Positions 1 to 9,706 of a DNA stretch of 64,000 nt are shown here, one piece after another (positions within the stretch are counted from its first letter, which is position 1; every line of letters begins with the position of its first letter). The position numbers and the translations under genes are program-made. The notes beneath the pieces were generated by a model, which saw nothing but the letters and a program-made list of their open reading frames with translations, was not told the origin of the DNA and did not search any database. This stretch comes from a virus: the IMG/VR virus record IMGVR_UViG_3300006923_000005. One strand, 5' to 3'.

Positions 1-2
1 TG

Positions 3-3000
3 GGTGATCGTCCCGCGCTTGTACTTGGTAGTCTTGATACAGCAGCAGATATCACGCAGAACAATGACCTGTGGTTTTCGCAGCCCCCACTTTTTGAGGG
101 GACAGATCAACCATCAAACTATGACAATTTTGGTGACGCGCCATCTGTGTTTTCACCACACTACAGCTACACACTTGATGATGAATCATGGCTAATTGAA
201 AAACAAGAAGAATTACAGGAAAAAATTACGTATATGCGCCTAGAGGGTGCAGATGGCTTCTTTCCTCTTCCTGGCTTCGCAGAGCGTGATGCCAATGTTC
301 TTGTTGATTTAAAGACACGCTTTTATGATCGCATTCCGAATAATACTTTAGATATTCGCGTGCATCCAACGTTTGATTCTGTTTATTCATTCTTCACAGC
401 ATATGCTACAGGCTCATTAATCGGGAAGGGAAGAATTAACCAGATTGAAATTAATCAAGATCCAGGTCCAATTCTTGGTAATCCATGGGCAACGCCTCAC
501 GCGCTGACAGAAGATAAGCAATTTCTTCGTGCTGTAGACGTTGTCAGCGTCGCGATGCGCCGCGCCAAAACATTCGGCGCATCAAAAGATTCAACTGATA
601 AAAAGCTGGCGCATCCCTTTCATCCGCCGTTTGTAATTGAAGATTATTTAACGCAAACAAGATTCCCAAACCCTCTTGGCTTTAACGTTGATAGCACGTC
701 TGTCGTGTCAGATGCAAACATGCAAATCTATTATGAGGAGGCTTCGAAACTAATTCTTGGTGATTCTTTTGAGGAACTTGGAAAACAGATTTCATGTGCC
801 ATGGCGCAATTTAGCGCAGCATCTATAACACGGGCCGGCCCTTACACAATTGGTAAACAACCAGGAACAAATCCGAACTGGGCATTTGGCGTATATAACC
901 ACGAAACAATTAGCGATGAACTCGAAGATTTAATTCAAGCTTCTTTGGGCATTTCCATACGCGAGAATAGCGATTTAGCGATTATTCAGGATACTTTTGA
1001 GGACACACCGTTTGGTGCTGCTGATAACAGAATTTTGCGATATTCAGTTCAGGGATTTGCAATTAAGACTGAGGAAGTAAAATGGTATGACCTACGCTTC
1101 TCTAATTTCACACATACTTTAACACCTGCTCAGGACCGTAAGGGACTAGGTGAAATGGTCATGCTAAACATGCGCCAACTGCGTGATTTAATTACGCTTG
1201 AAGGCCCAACACGCAATGAAGGGCCAAACGATTTTGATGATGAAACGCAAGGTGTGCTAAGTGAGCTAGGCTTTGATCCGGATGAGTTTAGAAGTCTTTT
1301 TGATGAAATTTACCATGCTGTAGGTAGATCTGTTGATCCATATGTTTTGCCGCTTGAAACGCTGCCGTCCTGGCAGGAGGAATGGGATTATGTTGAAAAC
1401 AATCCATTCACAATTCCAAGAATTAACTTCATTGACGGTCCAGATGGTGAGGTTGTTGAAAGCCATTTGCAGGCTAGAACAAAATTTAAGGTTTATGTTC
1501 ATCAATTAATTGACATTGGATTTTTCATTCCAAAAATCGTTTCGCAAGCACCATTATTCTACGATCTTGTTGAGACACTAAATATTGGACCTGAGGCAAT
1601 TGGAAGCTTGGCTGACGTGCAAAGTGATCCTGATAGTTTTTCAAGTACAAGAAACTTGTCAGAGGGCCAAATTTCACATCGAGTTGAATTTTTTAGCGAT
1701 ATCTATGAAGCACTTGATGATAATGGCGGGGACTTCTCAGACCCTGCAATCGAAAATCGCGAGCGCGCCATTGTAAAGCGCCTTGAAATGTACAAACAAT
1801 TTAGAGCGCTACTTAATGATGAGCGCTGGACGTCAATTTTGAAATTGAAGGAGCTGAATGAAGAGGCCAAGGTCCACGCAGCAAATCTTGCTGCGTCAGG
1901 TTATATGGCAATTCCACCTCCCTTTGGGATTCTTGCTGCTATTGCAAATATTCCACAAATCGTCGGTTCATTTGATGTTGCCAATGCGCAAATTGACGCC
2001 TTCATGAACATCTTTAACATGTGGAGAGCTCGCGCCTTGCAAATCATCGATGCTCTAATTCAGCACGACTGGCGCGAGCCAAATTATTTCCGCGCCAGAG
2101 ATGTAACAGTTGAGAGAGGCGGAATACTAAAGTCGCAGAAGCAAAATATTGTGTTTGCATCAAGAATCTCAGATTCAGTTGAAATGAATGCCTATATGGT
2201 TCCGCGTGTGCTTGCACAATCTGTGTATAACTTCTTTGATGCAGGCGAAAATGAGTTGAATCCAGATGGACCAGTTGTTGATGGTAATGGTGAACCTCAA
2301 ATGAAGAATGTTGTGCAATGGGTGACAACAGAGCTTCCTTTTATTCCAAATCTACACAGTCATTATACACATCAATTTAGCGGGTATGATAGACTTACAA
2401 AACACTTTTTGTGGAATCACGCAATCAAGGGTTATGAATTGCAGAAGTTTGACGAAAATATGGAGCTTGTTGAGACTGTTTCACTTCCGCCGACTGAACC
2501 GCATATTTGGACCGATGTTAATGTTGTATACGGAAAGTTCTATTATTATAGAGTAAGGGCGCTTTGGGATTTGAGATCAATTGAATTTTCGCCACCTCCG
2601 GCCCCCGAGTTCTCAGGTGATACTGACAATGCCGGCGGTTCGCCGATTGCAGAGCCAGGCACAAAGGTGCCAGAGATTGATCCTGGTCCATTGCTCCCCG
2701 GCCTTGATGGGTTAGAGTTTGATGTTTTCTTAGAGCCTCCTATTGAAATTGATCCAGATGCTGCTGGTGGCCCATTTGCTGGTGGCCTTCTGGGAGAAAT
2801 TTCTGTTAACATTGCAGACCTTGAAGCATTCTTAAACGGTATCCTTTCACCTGGCCCAATCATCATTGGTCCTGGTGTAAACCTTCCGCAACTGCAAAAC
2901 TTTGCGCCTGTAACACTCCGCTTTCCAACGCAGCAGACAACCCCACAGCAAACAAATACGGGAAATCCAATATATAGCCAGAACCCACGCTATAATCTAA

Positions 3001-3191
3001 GAGAAGGTGAGGCAGTTTTGCGCCAACCTCTTGGGCAAGAGAATTTTGGGGTTGAATTAAAAGAAATAGATCGTCCAGAAATCAGTGAACTGAATGAAGC
3101 TGTGCTAAGAAGAATTGACACTGATCACGCTGAATTCTCAAACGAGTTTTTATTGAGTCACCTACTTAATGTGGGAGATATCAATGACTAG
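3..3191 (+). CDS. 5'-partial large virion structural protein (over 1060 aa in window). It has an FN3-like segment (YYYRVRALWDL) and a Pro/Gly-rich C-terminal region. Probably a tail fibre or baseplate component.
   Basis: Frame 0 is open from the window edge to the stop at 3191. The codon at 147 is GTG and there is no stop upstream, so the gene starts before the window. Fibre-like genes follow it. Confidence 0.6.
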   Translation, partial: GDRPALVLGSLDTAADITQNNDLWFSQPPLFEGTDQPSNYDNFGDAPSVFSPHYSYTLDDESWLIEKQEELQEKITYMRLEGADGFFPLPGFAERDANVLVDLKTRFYDRIPNNTLDIRVHPTFDSVYSFFTAYATGSLIGKGRINQIEINQDPGPILGNPWATPHALTEDKQFLRAVDVVSVAMRRAKTFGASKDSTDKKLAHPFHPPFVIEDYLTQTRFPNPLGFNVDSTSVVSDANMQIYYEEASKLILGDSFEELGKQISCAMAQFSAASITRAGPYTIGKQPGTNPNWAFGVYNHETISDELEDLIQASLGISIRENSDLAIIQDTFEDTPFGAADNRILRYSVQGFAIKTEEVKWYDLRFSNFTHTLTPAQDRKGLGEMVMLNMRQLRDLITLEGPTRNEGPNDFDDETQGVLSELGFDPDEFRSLFDEIYHAVGRSVDPYVLPLETLPSWQEEWDYVENNPFTIPRINFIDGPDGEVVESHLQARTKFKVYVHQLIDIGFFIPKIVSQAPLFYDLVETLNIGPEAIGSLADVQSDPDSFSSTRNLSEGQISHRVEFFSDIYEALDDNGGDFSDPAIENRERAIVKRLEMYKQFRALLNDERWTSILKLKELNEEAKVHAANLAASGYMAIPPPFGILAAIANIPQIVGSFDVANAQIDAFMNIFNMWRARALQIIDALIQHDWREPNYFRARDVTVERGGILKSQKQNIVFASRISDSVEMNAYMVPRVLAQSVYNFFDAGENELNPDGPVVDGNGEPQMKNVVQWVTTELPFIPNLHSHYTHQFSGYDRLTKHFLWNHAIKGYELQKFDENMELVETVSLPPTEPHIWTDVNVVYGKFYYYRVRALWDLRSIEFSPPPAPEFSGDTDNAGGSPIAEPGTKVPEIDPGPLLPGLDGLEFDVFLEPPIEIDPDAAGGPFAGGLLGEISVNIADLEAFLNGILSPGPIIIGPGVNLPQLQNFAPVTLRFPTQQTTPQQTNTGNPIYSQNPRYNLREGEAVLRQPLGQENFGVELKEIDRPEISELNEAVLRRIDTDHAEFSNEFLLSHLLNVGDIND

Positions 3192-4461
3192 TTGCAAAAG
3201 TGTCCAGGTTGCTTTCACAAAAAATAATCCGTTTCCGGTTCAAGAAAATTGGACCCGTGTGACTGTTGCGACTGACAATTTTGATAGCCAGCTAACAAGT
3301 GTTCTTAACGCCTCAAGCAAGCAAGCGACGGCCGCAGATCAATATCACGAGTTCAAAGATAGATTCTCAACAACAATTGAAGCTTCTAATGAGAATGTTG
3401 TATTCACAAACGAGTTTGGAAAATTTTCACTGCTTGTTAATGATAAAATTAGCCTAGGGGAAACTGTCCCTGATGAAGAGTTAAATGTATATTATGCAAA
3501 TGAGCAATTTTACTCATCACCGCTAAATCCTATCGATCAAAATATTGGACGTCCTGCTGCAATCCTTGAAGCAATGCACCAATACGAAAATGCTGAATAT
3601 TGCGTCGCATCACCATATTCAAATCTAACACCGGCTCAAGTCGTTGACACAGAGCCGTTTGCAGCCATTGACGATTTCCATGCAATTTTAGGTAATAGTG
3701 AACTTTTCTTTTGGTGGGCGCCGCCTCCCAGAAAGTTTGAGCTTATTGAAACTGGAGGCACAAAATTTTTTACCGAAATTGTTGGTGATGTAACTGGTTT
3801 AGGTGAGGTGATTGGCCGGCTTTTGGATGAATATTTACAATTCCAGAACCTTCTGGTTTCACTTGGTGCAACCATAATTTCCGGAAATCCACCTGTTCCT
3901 GATTTGCTTCCAAATGGGCAATTCAAAGTCACAGCGCGCGTCACATGGGAAAATGCGATCCCGCATACAGATCAAGAGCCGATTGCAGGTTATAACCTTT
4001 ATGCAAAGAATGACGTTGATGGAACTTGGAAGAGAATGAATTCAGAATTAATTGGACTTGCTGAGCGCAGCTTTGTGTTTGAAAGCCCTACAGGTCTATT
4101 CACAGCACTCCAGCGTGATGAATTGTTTTTTGCTGTTACTTCGATTGATGTACATGGAAATGAGTCAGCATTATCTCCACAAATTGCAGTACATAAAGAC
4201 AAGGGCATCGGGAAAACTAATAGGCAAATCTCGTTTCAAGGAATGGAACTTGGTGATAAGATACTAGAAAAGCCACTAACAAACATGATGGCTTTAAAGC
4301 AAGTGAAGGTACGACCATTGCAGGGACTACGAGATGCGCTTGCTAATGAAGCATTATTCTTTGCAGTCGATAATGACTTTGGAGACATTGTTTTGAACTT
4401 TACATCAATAGACACTTGTAAGAATACCAAAATTCGCATCAAGGCGCTCGGTGCTGTCTAG
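3184..4461 (+). CDS. Structural protein with an FN3/Ig-like beta domain.
   Basis: ATGA overlap with the upstream stop, with a GGGAGA RBS 5 nt ahead. Carries the FN3-like motif FFAVTSIDVHGNESALSP. Confidence 0.6.
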   Translation: MTSCKSVQVAFTKNNPFPVQENWTRVTVATDNFDSQLTSVLNASSKQATAADQYHEFKDRFSTTIEASNENVVFTNEFGKFSLLVNDKISLGETVPDEELNVYYANEQFYSSPLNPIDQNIGRPAAILEAMHQYENAEYCVASPYSNLTPAQVVDTEPFAAIDDFHAILGNSELFFWWAPPPRKFELIETGGTKFFTEIVGDVTGLGEVIGRLLDEYLQFQNLLVSLGATIISGNPPVPDLLPNGQFKVTARVTWENAIPHTDQEPIAGYNLYAKNDVDGTWKRMNSELIGLAERSFVFESPTGLFTALQRDELFFAVTSIDVHGNESALSPQIAVHKDKGIGKTNRQISFQGMELGDKILEKPLTNMMALKQVKVRPLQGLRDALANEALFFAVDNDFGDIVLNFTSIDTCKNTKIRIKALGAV

Positions 4462-4492
4462 TTATTAATAACGCTACTAGGAGAGACGTTCA

Positions 4493-5230
4493 ATGGGCAT
4501 GATTAATCCAACAGAGAATGAAATCGTTATTGACGCTGTTTTGACAGAGTTGGGGCGCGAGCTACTTGCACGCCAAGATGGTTCATTCGATATTGTAAAG
4601 TTTGCGCTAGGAGATGACGAGTTTGATTATACACGTGTGAATGTGTCCGGCTCGACAATTTCAGCCATCTTTTCACCGATTGTCAATACACCCGTTTTTC
4701 AGGCAAGTACAAACGAAAATATGGATCTTAAGAATAAGCTTGTGTCAGTTAGCAAGCGCCTCTTTACTTTTCCAACACTTCGTCTTTCAACACCTGATGC
4801 GCGCCTTGATATCCGTGAGCGTGATAATGCAAATACACCAGTTACTGTTGTTGCTTCACAGCAATTCCTTGCTGGCACGTCAGATCAACCGCAAGTTATG
4901 GATGCAGAGCTTACTGATCCTGCTTTTATTGTAACTATGCGTGCCGACGCACTTTCATTAATGGACTCAAAGGGCCGTAGGCTTTCGCCTGTGCAAACTT
5001 CCAAGAATGGTTTGGCTCGCTATATTGTTCGATCGTCAGGTATGAATGAACAGTATAATACAGCATTTGTAAATCTGAACTTTGTTGTTCCGCCTTTGTC
5101 AAATAGATTCTTGGATAATTTCTTTGTTGGAACTGCGCCTCGCAGAACCTTTGATTTAACTGCACGTGTTGAAGGCGTATCTAGCGGCGCTTCTGCAGAA
5201 ATTAACTTCCGCGTAGCAGAGCAGCGATAA
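4493..5230 (+). CDS. Hypothetical structural protein.
   Basis: ATG follows an AGGAGAG RBS. The gene is packed between fibre-like genes. Confidence 0.55.
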   Translation: MGMINPTENEIVIDAVLTELGRELLARQDGSFDIVKFALGDDEFDYTRVNVSGSTISAIFSPIVNTPVFQASTNENMDLKNKLVSVSKRLFTFPTLRLSTPDARLDIRERDNANTPVTVVASQQFLAGTSDQPQVMDAELTDPAFIVTMRADALSLMDSKGRRLSPVQTSKNGLARYIVRSSGMNEQYNTAFVNLNFVVPPLSNRFLDNFFVGTAPRRTFDLTARVEGVSSGASAEINFRVAEQR

Positions 5231-6435
5231 TGTCAGTTTTTAAAACCTTTGATAAGCAAAGGGATATCACAGTCGCGGGCACCCGCAATCTAACTGCCGT
5301 GCACGTAACGGCATCTGATATTCTTAACGGTGGCAGCGATGATTATGATCATTTTACAACATCACAGTTTACAATTTCTGCGTCTGGTGATACAGCTAAC
5401 GGCTTTGCACTTGCAAATGTAGTCTACAGAACAAATTCATCTGCCTCAAACGGCGTGACTGTTGCGTATCCTCGCTCTGCATTCTTTGCGACACAACACG
5501 ATTCTGATTCATTGCTAGCAACAACAAATAAAATCTTTGATATAACAGTCGGCCTTAACACAGGATCTGTTTTTCTTCCTGCCGCGTCTTCATCAGCACA
5601 CCAAATTGAAAAAAATAGAGTTTATGAGTTGATGGCCAAAACGCTTCTTGGAGACAAGGATAAAGTTTTCAAGACGTCAGGCGGCGCAGATATTAAAGAA
5701 GCCGTCTTCATCAGCACAAAGCGTTTCTTTGGTCAGGACAAGTTACGAGAAGGAGAGACGCTACTAACGTTTTTGGTGTCAGGCTCGTATACAACAGGTT
5801 CGCATCCAACCGCAAATAACACTTTCATTTCAATGAAGGATACAACAGACGCTTCAAGGCGTGTGTATCCTGGCGGCGTTGCAAGGGATCTTGTGGTAGT
5901 CGGTGGTGCTAATGCTCACGGCGTTGTTTTCACTGACGCACAAGTTGCAGTCGTTTCATTGGCCACGTCAGCCTCCGGCGGCCCTGGCTTCTGGAATCTA
6001 ACTGATCTTCAATTCGACATGGATAGCCAGTATAGTTCGTCTGTTGGTGGGATTTTGTCAGCAGGTTCTGAGCATTTACAGGACATGCTACAGTCTGGAA
6101 CCGTTGATGTTGCTGCATTTACTGTGCTGAAAACCATTGCTGTTTTGGATTTCCAAGGGCAGGCAAACCTGAAGTCATCTACATTCTTCTGCTTCGCAGG
6201 ACCTAACGAATTTAATTACAGTTCAAATCCAACGTGGGTTGATGCTTCTGGTTCAATTCGTGTAGTAGACACGGGCTCACTTGATACACCGGCACCAGCG
6301 GTCGCAATTTCAACTGTCGGTCTTTATGACGCCAACGATAGAATGCTCGCAGTCGGCAAGCTCACAGGTCATGGTAGCATTATTACAAAGCACTTTGATA
6401 CAACAGTAAGCGTGAAGGTGCGGTTAGACTACTAA
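5230..6435 (+). CDS. Ser/Thr/Gly-rich beta protein, probably a tail fibre or receptor-binding protein.
   Basis: TAATG start overlap. Composition is typical of fibre proteins. Confidence 0.55.
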   Translation: MSVFKTFDKQRDITVAGTRNLTAVHVTASDILNGGSDDYDHFTTSQFTISASGDTANGFALANVVYRTNSSASNGVTVAYPRSAFFATQHDSDSLLATTNKIFDITVGLNTGSVFLPAASSSAHQIEKNRVYELMAKTLLGDKDKVFKTSGGADIKEAVFISTKRFFGQDKLREGETLLTFLVSGSYTTGSHPTANNTFISMKDTTDASRRVYPGGVARDLVVVGGANAHGVVFTDAQVAVVSLATSASGGPGFWNLTDLQFDMDSQYSSSVGGILSAGSEHLQDMLQSGTVDVAAFTVLKTIAVLDFQGQANLKSSTFFCFAGPNEFNYSSNPTWVDASGSIRVVDTGSLDTPAPAVAISTVGLYDANDRMLAVGKLTGHGSIITKHFDTTVSVKVRLDY

Positions 6436-6446
6436 GGTGCAACTAC

Positions 6447-8252
6447 GTGTTCTTCAAATTTGACGATAGTGATAAAGTATACGGAAATTTTCGAGCGGCC
6501 CCGCGGTACAAGCTGCAGGGTGGCAACTTTGTCACGTACACATCTGGTGTAATTGACACTGGGACGCCTGCAAAACTTTATCGTAGTTCATCTTTTGCTC
6601 CAGTGCCACTTGATGGTAATGCTGTTAAGTTTAAGAACGTTTTTGCGACGTCTGGCACCTGTGTATACAATCCTGATTCTGCACTCTTAAACTTTGCTAC
6701 TGCTACACTTGGCTGGGAAATGTCCTCTGCTGTTCGATTCTTCTCTGAATCGATTGGTGAGATAGCAGGCAGCAATCCAGAATCCCGATTACGATCAATC
6801 TATCGTGTTTTTGATCCCTGCTATGAAATGGCAGACAGTGAGCAAAGTTATACCATTGCAGACTCTGCGGCACCGAAACTTTTCTTTCATCATGCGTTTC
6901 ATGCGCACTCCTATCAGGATGCTGATTCAGCTTGGCTCGCGTCAGCTGACATCGAATTTGCTGCTGGGCAAACTTTCACCTATGAGACACGATACTTCGT
7001 TAATCCTGTAACATCATCCGTAGTCCAATATCTCTTCTCTGCGCGCCGTAAGGCTGCCGAAGAGGGCTTTCGGGTGTTCATCGATACAGATAATGAATTA
7101 GGCGTTGCATTCTCAGGCGCTCTCGGCACAATTCAATTTAAGCCAGGCGTGACTGCAAGTGTAGGCCAGTGGGCGCACTTCGCCTTTCAGTGGGATGGTG
7201 TCCTTCAATCGGGCTCATTCATGCATAATCTTGAAACTATGCATGTTTCAAGCTCTGACAACATTGCTGTGCAAGAAGTCGGTCCAGTTTGTGTTGGTGG
7301 GCGTGCAACAACAGCAGTGATCAATGTGAATCGTCTTCATGGCGCCTTGCACGAAACACGAATTTGGTCTGACAAGAGAACTCCTGCAGAGATGTCAGGT
7401 ACTTGGAACCGTTCACTAACCACTGATGAGGCAGCTGACTCTAATCTTCTGCATTATTGGCCTGCGACTGCTGGCTCTGGTTCAACTCTTGTTGATTATG
7501 GTGCTGCTACATCTCCTATTGATCTGCCACTTCACCCGACATTTCCTACCGACCGCAGATCATGGGGTATTAGCACCGATAGGCTATTCACATTCTGCGA
7601 AAGTGCTGTTTCACAGTACAGTGATGCAATGGTCTTTGATATTTCACATGTCTATTATGGCGACCAAATTAAGCGAGAGTCCATTGAGATTTGGGAAAAC
7701 TCTTTCCTGAGCGCATCGACAGCTGTTGGTGTACCTGACGAATCTGGCTCATTACCAGCCTACAATGCCACAAAGTTTATTGACGATGGCAACGGTTGCC
7801 TTATTCTCTCTGGCGGGCACACATGGAATAAGCTCGGGCGTGTTATGTATGATAGAGGAATTATCATGCTGACAAACCCACTGACATTGAATAATGGCCT
7901 AGGCCCACTGTCAACATCATCGATACATTTTCGGGCAGACCATCGCGTTTTTGAAAACATGTACCTCTGCCGGTTGCCAGCAAACACGCTGAACAGCACA
8001 ACCAACGCATCCTATGCAAGAATTGTTGACGCTGAGTCACTGTCAGGTTCGAGCATTGCTGATCACCCGTGTCCACCATCGCCGCTAACTGGGTCAAGTT
8101 ACAATTTCAGGGCAACAAAAGATGAAGTTTACGTAACAACAATTGGGATTTATAATGAACATTATGAGCTGGTTGCGACTGCAAAACTTGCGCAGCCTGC
8201 CAGAGTTACTCCAAACAGGCCCCTTTTGTTCAAGCTGAGGCACGATATCTGA
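6447..8252 (+). CDS. Putative receptor-binding or tail fibre protein with a ConA/LamG-like lectin region.
   Basis: GTG start after an AAGGTG RBS. The segment LHETRIWSDKRTPAEMSGTWN...LLHYWP resembles LamG/pentraxin-type domains. Confidence 0.55.
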   Translation: MFFKFDDSDKVYGNFRAAPRYKLQGGNFVTYTSGVIDTGTPAKLYRSSSFAPVPLDGNAVKFKNVFATSGTCVYNPDSALLNFATATLGWEMSSAVRFFSESIGEIAGSNPESRLRSIYRVFDPCYEMADSEQSYTIADSAAPKLFFHHAFHAHSYQDADSAWLASADIEFAAGQTFTYETRYFVNPVTSSVVQYLFSARRKAAEEGFRVFIDTDNELGVAFSGALGTIQFKPGVTASVGQWAHFAFQWDGVLQSGSFMHNLETMHVSSSDNIAVQEVGPVCVGGRATTAVINVNRLHGALHETRIWSDKRTPAEMSGTWNRSLTTDEAADSNLLHYWPATAGSGSTLVDYGAATSPIDLPLHPTFPTDRRSWGISTDRLFTFCESAVSQYSDAMVFDISHVYYGDQIKRESIEIWENSFLSASTAVGVPDESGSLPAYNATKFIDDGNGCLILSGGHTWNKLGRVMYDRGIIMLTNPLTLNNGLGPLSTSSIHFRADHRVFENMYLCRLPANTLNSTTNASYARIVDAESLSGSSIADHPCPPSPLTGSSYNFRATKDEVYVTTIGIYNEHYELVATAKLAQPARVTPNRPLLFKLRHDI

Positions 8253-8254
8253 TG
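8229..8254 (+). repeat. 26-bp direct repeat R1a (ttcaagctgaggcacgaYatctRatg). It spans the fibre-gene stop, an RBS and a start codon.
   Basis: Repeated at 9681-9706 with 2 mismatches. Confidence 0.7.
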
Positions 8255-9079
8255 AAAAAGAATGCACACTGGGATAATGAAGCTGATCTTGCCCACGGTT
8301 CTGGGGCTGCTCGGCTACGCAGGCTTGCTGTAAAGTATAATGTGTCACCTTTAGCAATTGCCTACGCGAAGAATAAGCTGGGTATTACACAATACAAGAC
8401 ACCCGGCAGGCATCCCTTCCTTAAGAGGACATATACACTGCAGACTGATCCTGCCGTTGCTGATCCTGCTGTTAGCCATGAAAAGCTTGCAGAGAAGTGG
8501 CATGTTTCTGCCCTAGCTGTAGTAGAACTTCGTGCTTTAAGGCCAAAAGAGATCTCTGCATTTAAACGAAAGCTTCGCGATTCCGCCGCAAAGAAAGAAA
8601 GAAGTGTTGCCAGGCAGCAGGCATTTAAAGTTATTCCTATTTGGCTCCGGGATGCCAGCGTTGTTGATTTTAACATGCCTACGCATATCGCCAGAAGAAA
8701 GGCTGGATTGGCTGACTATGATGTGAGATTCCTCCGCGAGGCTCTTAAGCCAATGGTTGAATTTGCTAAAAAGAACAGCTCGGGCCCTGGCCCGTGGCTT
8801 GCCTTTGAATTGCTTGAAAGTGTGGGACTGAAATCTGATAATCAAATTGCAGAGTATTTTGGAATTCCAGCAGCAGCAGTCACGGACGCACGTGAGGCTA
8901 AATCCAACTTCAGTGAAGCCGACTTCAGGGTGCTGCAGGCCGCAGCCGACCCTAGCTGGCGAACCAGGCCAGGCCTTTTAAAGCTTTATAAAGTAACTGA
9001 CGAAGCGGCAGTCGACGAGGTCCGCGAAAATCTTTATAACATGATCAACATAACAGCGCCAGCTAAAGATGGTGCTTAA
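8252..9079 (+). CDS. Protein with tandem HTH-like repeats (x-L-A-x-K/R-Y/W-x-V-S/P-x-x-A-x-x-x-x-K/R-x-x-L-G-I). It is a paralog of the central part of 20637-21770.
   Basis: At least three copies of the repeat motif are present: LAVKYNVSPLAIAYAKNKLGI, LAEKWHVSALAVVELRAL and IAEYFGIPAAAVTDAREA. Confidence 0.6.
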   Translation: MKKNAHWDNEADLAHGSGAARLRRLAVKYNVSPLAIAYAKNKLGITQYKTPGRHPFLKRTYTLQTDPAVADPAVSHEKLAEKWHVSALAVVELRALRPKEISAFKRKLRDSAAKKERSVARQQAFKVIPIWLRDASVVDFNMPTHIARRKAGLADYDVRFLREALKPMVEFAKKNSSGPGPWLAFELLESVGLKSDNQIAEYFGIPAAAVTDAREAKSNFSEADFRVLQAAADPSWRTRPGLLKLYKVTDEAAVDEVRENLYNMINITAPAKDGA

Positions 9080-9090
9080 GGAGTGACAAG

Positions 9091-9501
9091 ATGAAATATC
9101 CAACGATGAAATTTTTACTAGAAAGTGCTGATGCAAACAGCACAGTGACGATTGACTATGGCAGCTACGGTGTGTCTGCAGCTGGCCCAGGCGGATACGA
9201 TGTTGGTGAACGTGATGTTCCTGACCACTGGGAAATCAAAGCTGCGCATGGAACAGATGAGTGGCAAGAGGAATGGATTGGCAATCTCATGATTGACATC
9301 ATGAAGGACCCCAAGGTTAAATCTGTTGTTGACACTGAGTGGACTGGTCACTCTGGGACTACTGGCATTTATGACAAAATTCCAAAGCTGCGCTGGGCCA
9401 AGAAGGTTGCAGCAACGCTGCAAGATCCTGATTGGGGCCGAGGTGCTGAGCTTCCTGGCTTCTGGCCACAACATGATGATGATGATTTCATGGGTAATTA
9501 G
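9091..9501 (+). CDS. Leader-bearing protein (MKYPTMKFLLESA...), a putative virion-packaged cargo protein.
   Basis: ATG after a GGAGTGA RBS. The N-terminus matches the 11-member leader family. Confidence 0.6.
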   Translation: MKYPTMKFLLESADANSTVTIDYGSYGVSAAGPGGYDVGERDVPDHWEIKAAHGTDEWQEEWIGNLMIDIMKDPKVKSVVDTEWTGHSGTTGIYDKIPKLRWAKKVAATLQDPDWGRGAELPGFWPQHDDDDFMGN

Positions 9502-9516
9502 AAAGAGGGCGGCCTG

Positions 9517-9625
9517 ATGTTTCCAACTGTCAGCCAACTGTTAAGCGAAGCGCAATCAAGCCAGCAAAAGCCTACACAGCCAATCCCTGCTGAAGTTATA
9601 ACTGTCAAAGGTGAAAGAGATTAAT
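9517..9625 (+). pseudogene. 36-codon remnant of a leader-family gene (MFPTVSQLLSEAQ...). It runs into the duplicated ruvC 5' segment and stops there.
   Basis: The leader is intact but the body is missing. The stop lies inside repeat R2a. Confidence 0.4.
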
Positions 9626-9671
9626 GCAATGCTACTCATCGGACTCGACGTCAGTACTTCCTGTACTGGCT
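9611..9671 (+). repeat. 61-bp direct repeat R2a: RBS plus the first 14 codons of the ruvC-like gene (MLLIGLDVSTSCTG).
   Basis: Identical to 10392-10452. Confidence 0.8.
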
Positions 9672-9680
9672 TCAGTGCTT

Positions 9681-9706
9681 TTCAAGCTGAGGCACGACAT
9701 CTAATG
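9681..9706 (+). repeat. 26-bp direct repeat R1b. It supplies the RBS and ATG of the kinase gene.
   Basis: Matches 8229-8254. Confidence 0.7.

Noticed and set aside
4-195. 63-aa ORF at the window start
   Set aside because: It is out of frame with, and overlapped by, the long frame-0 structural gene that is open to the window edge.
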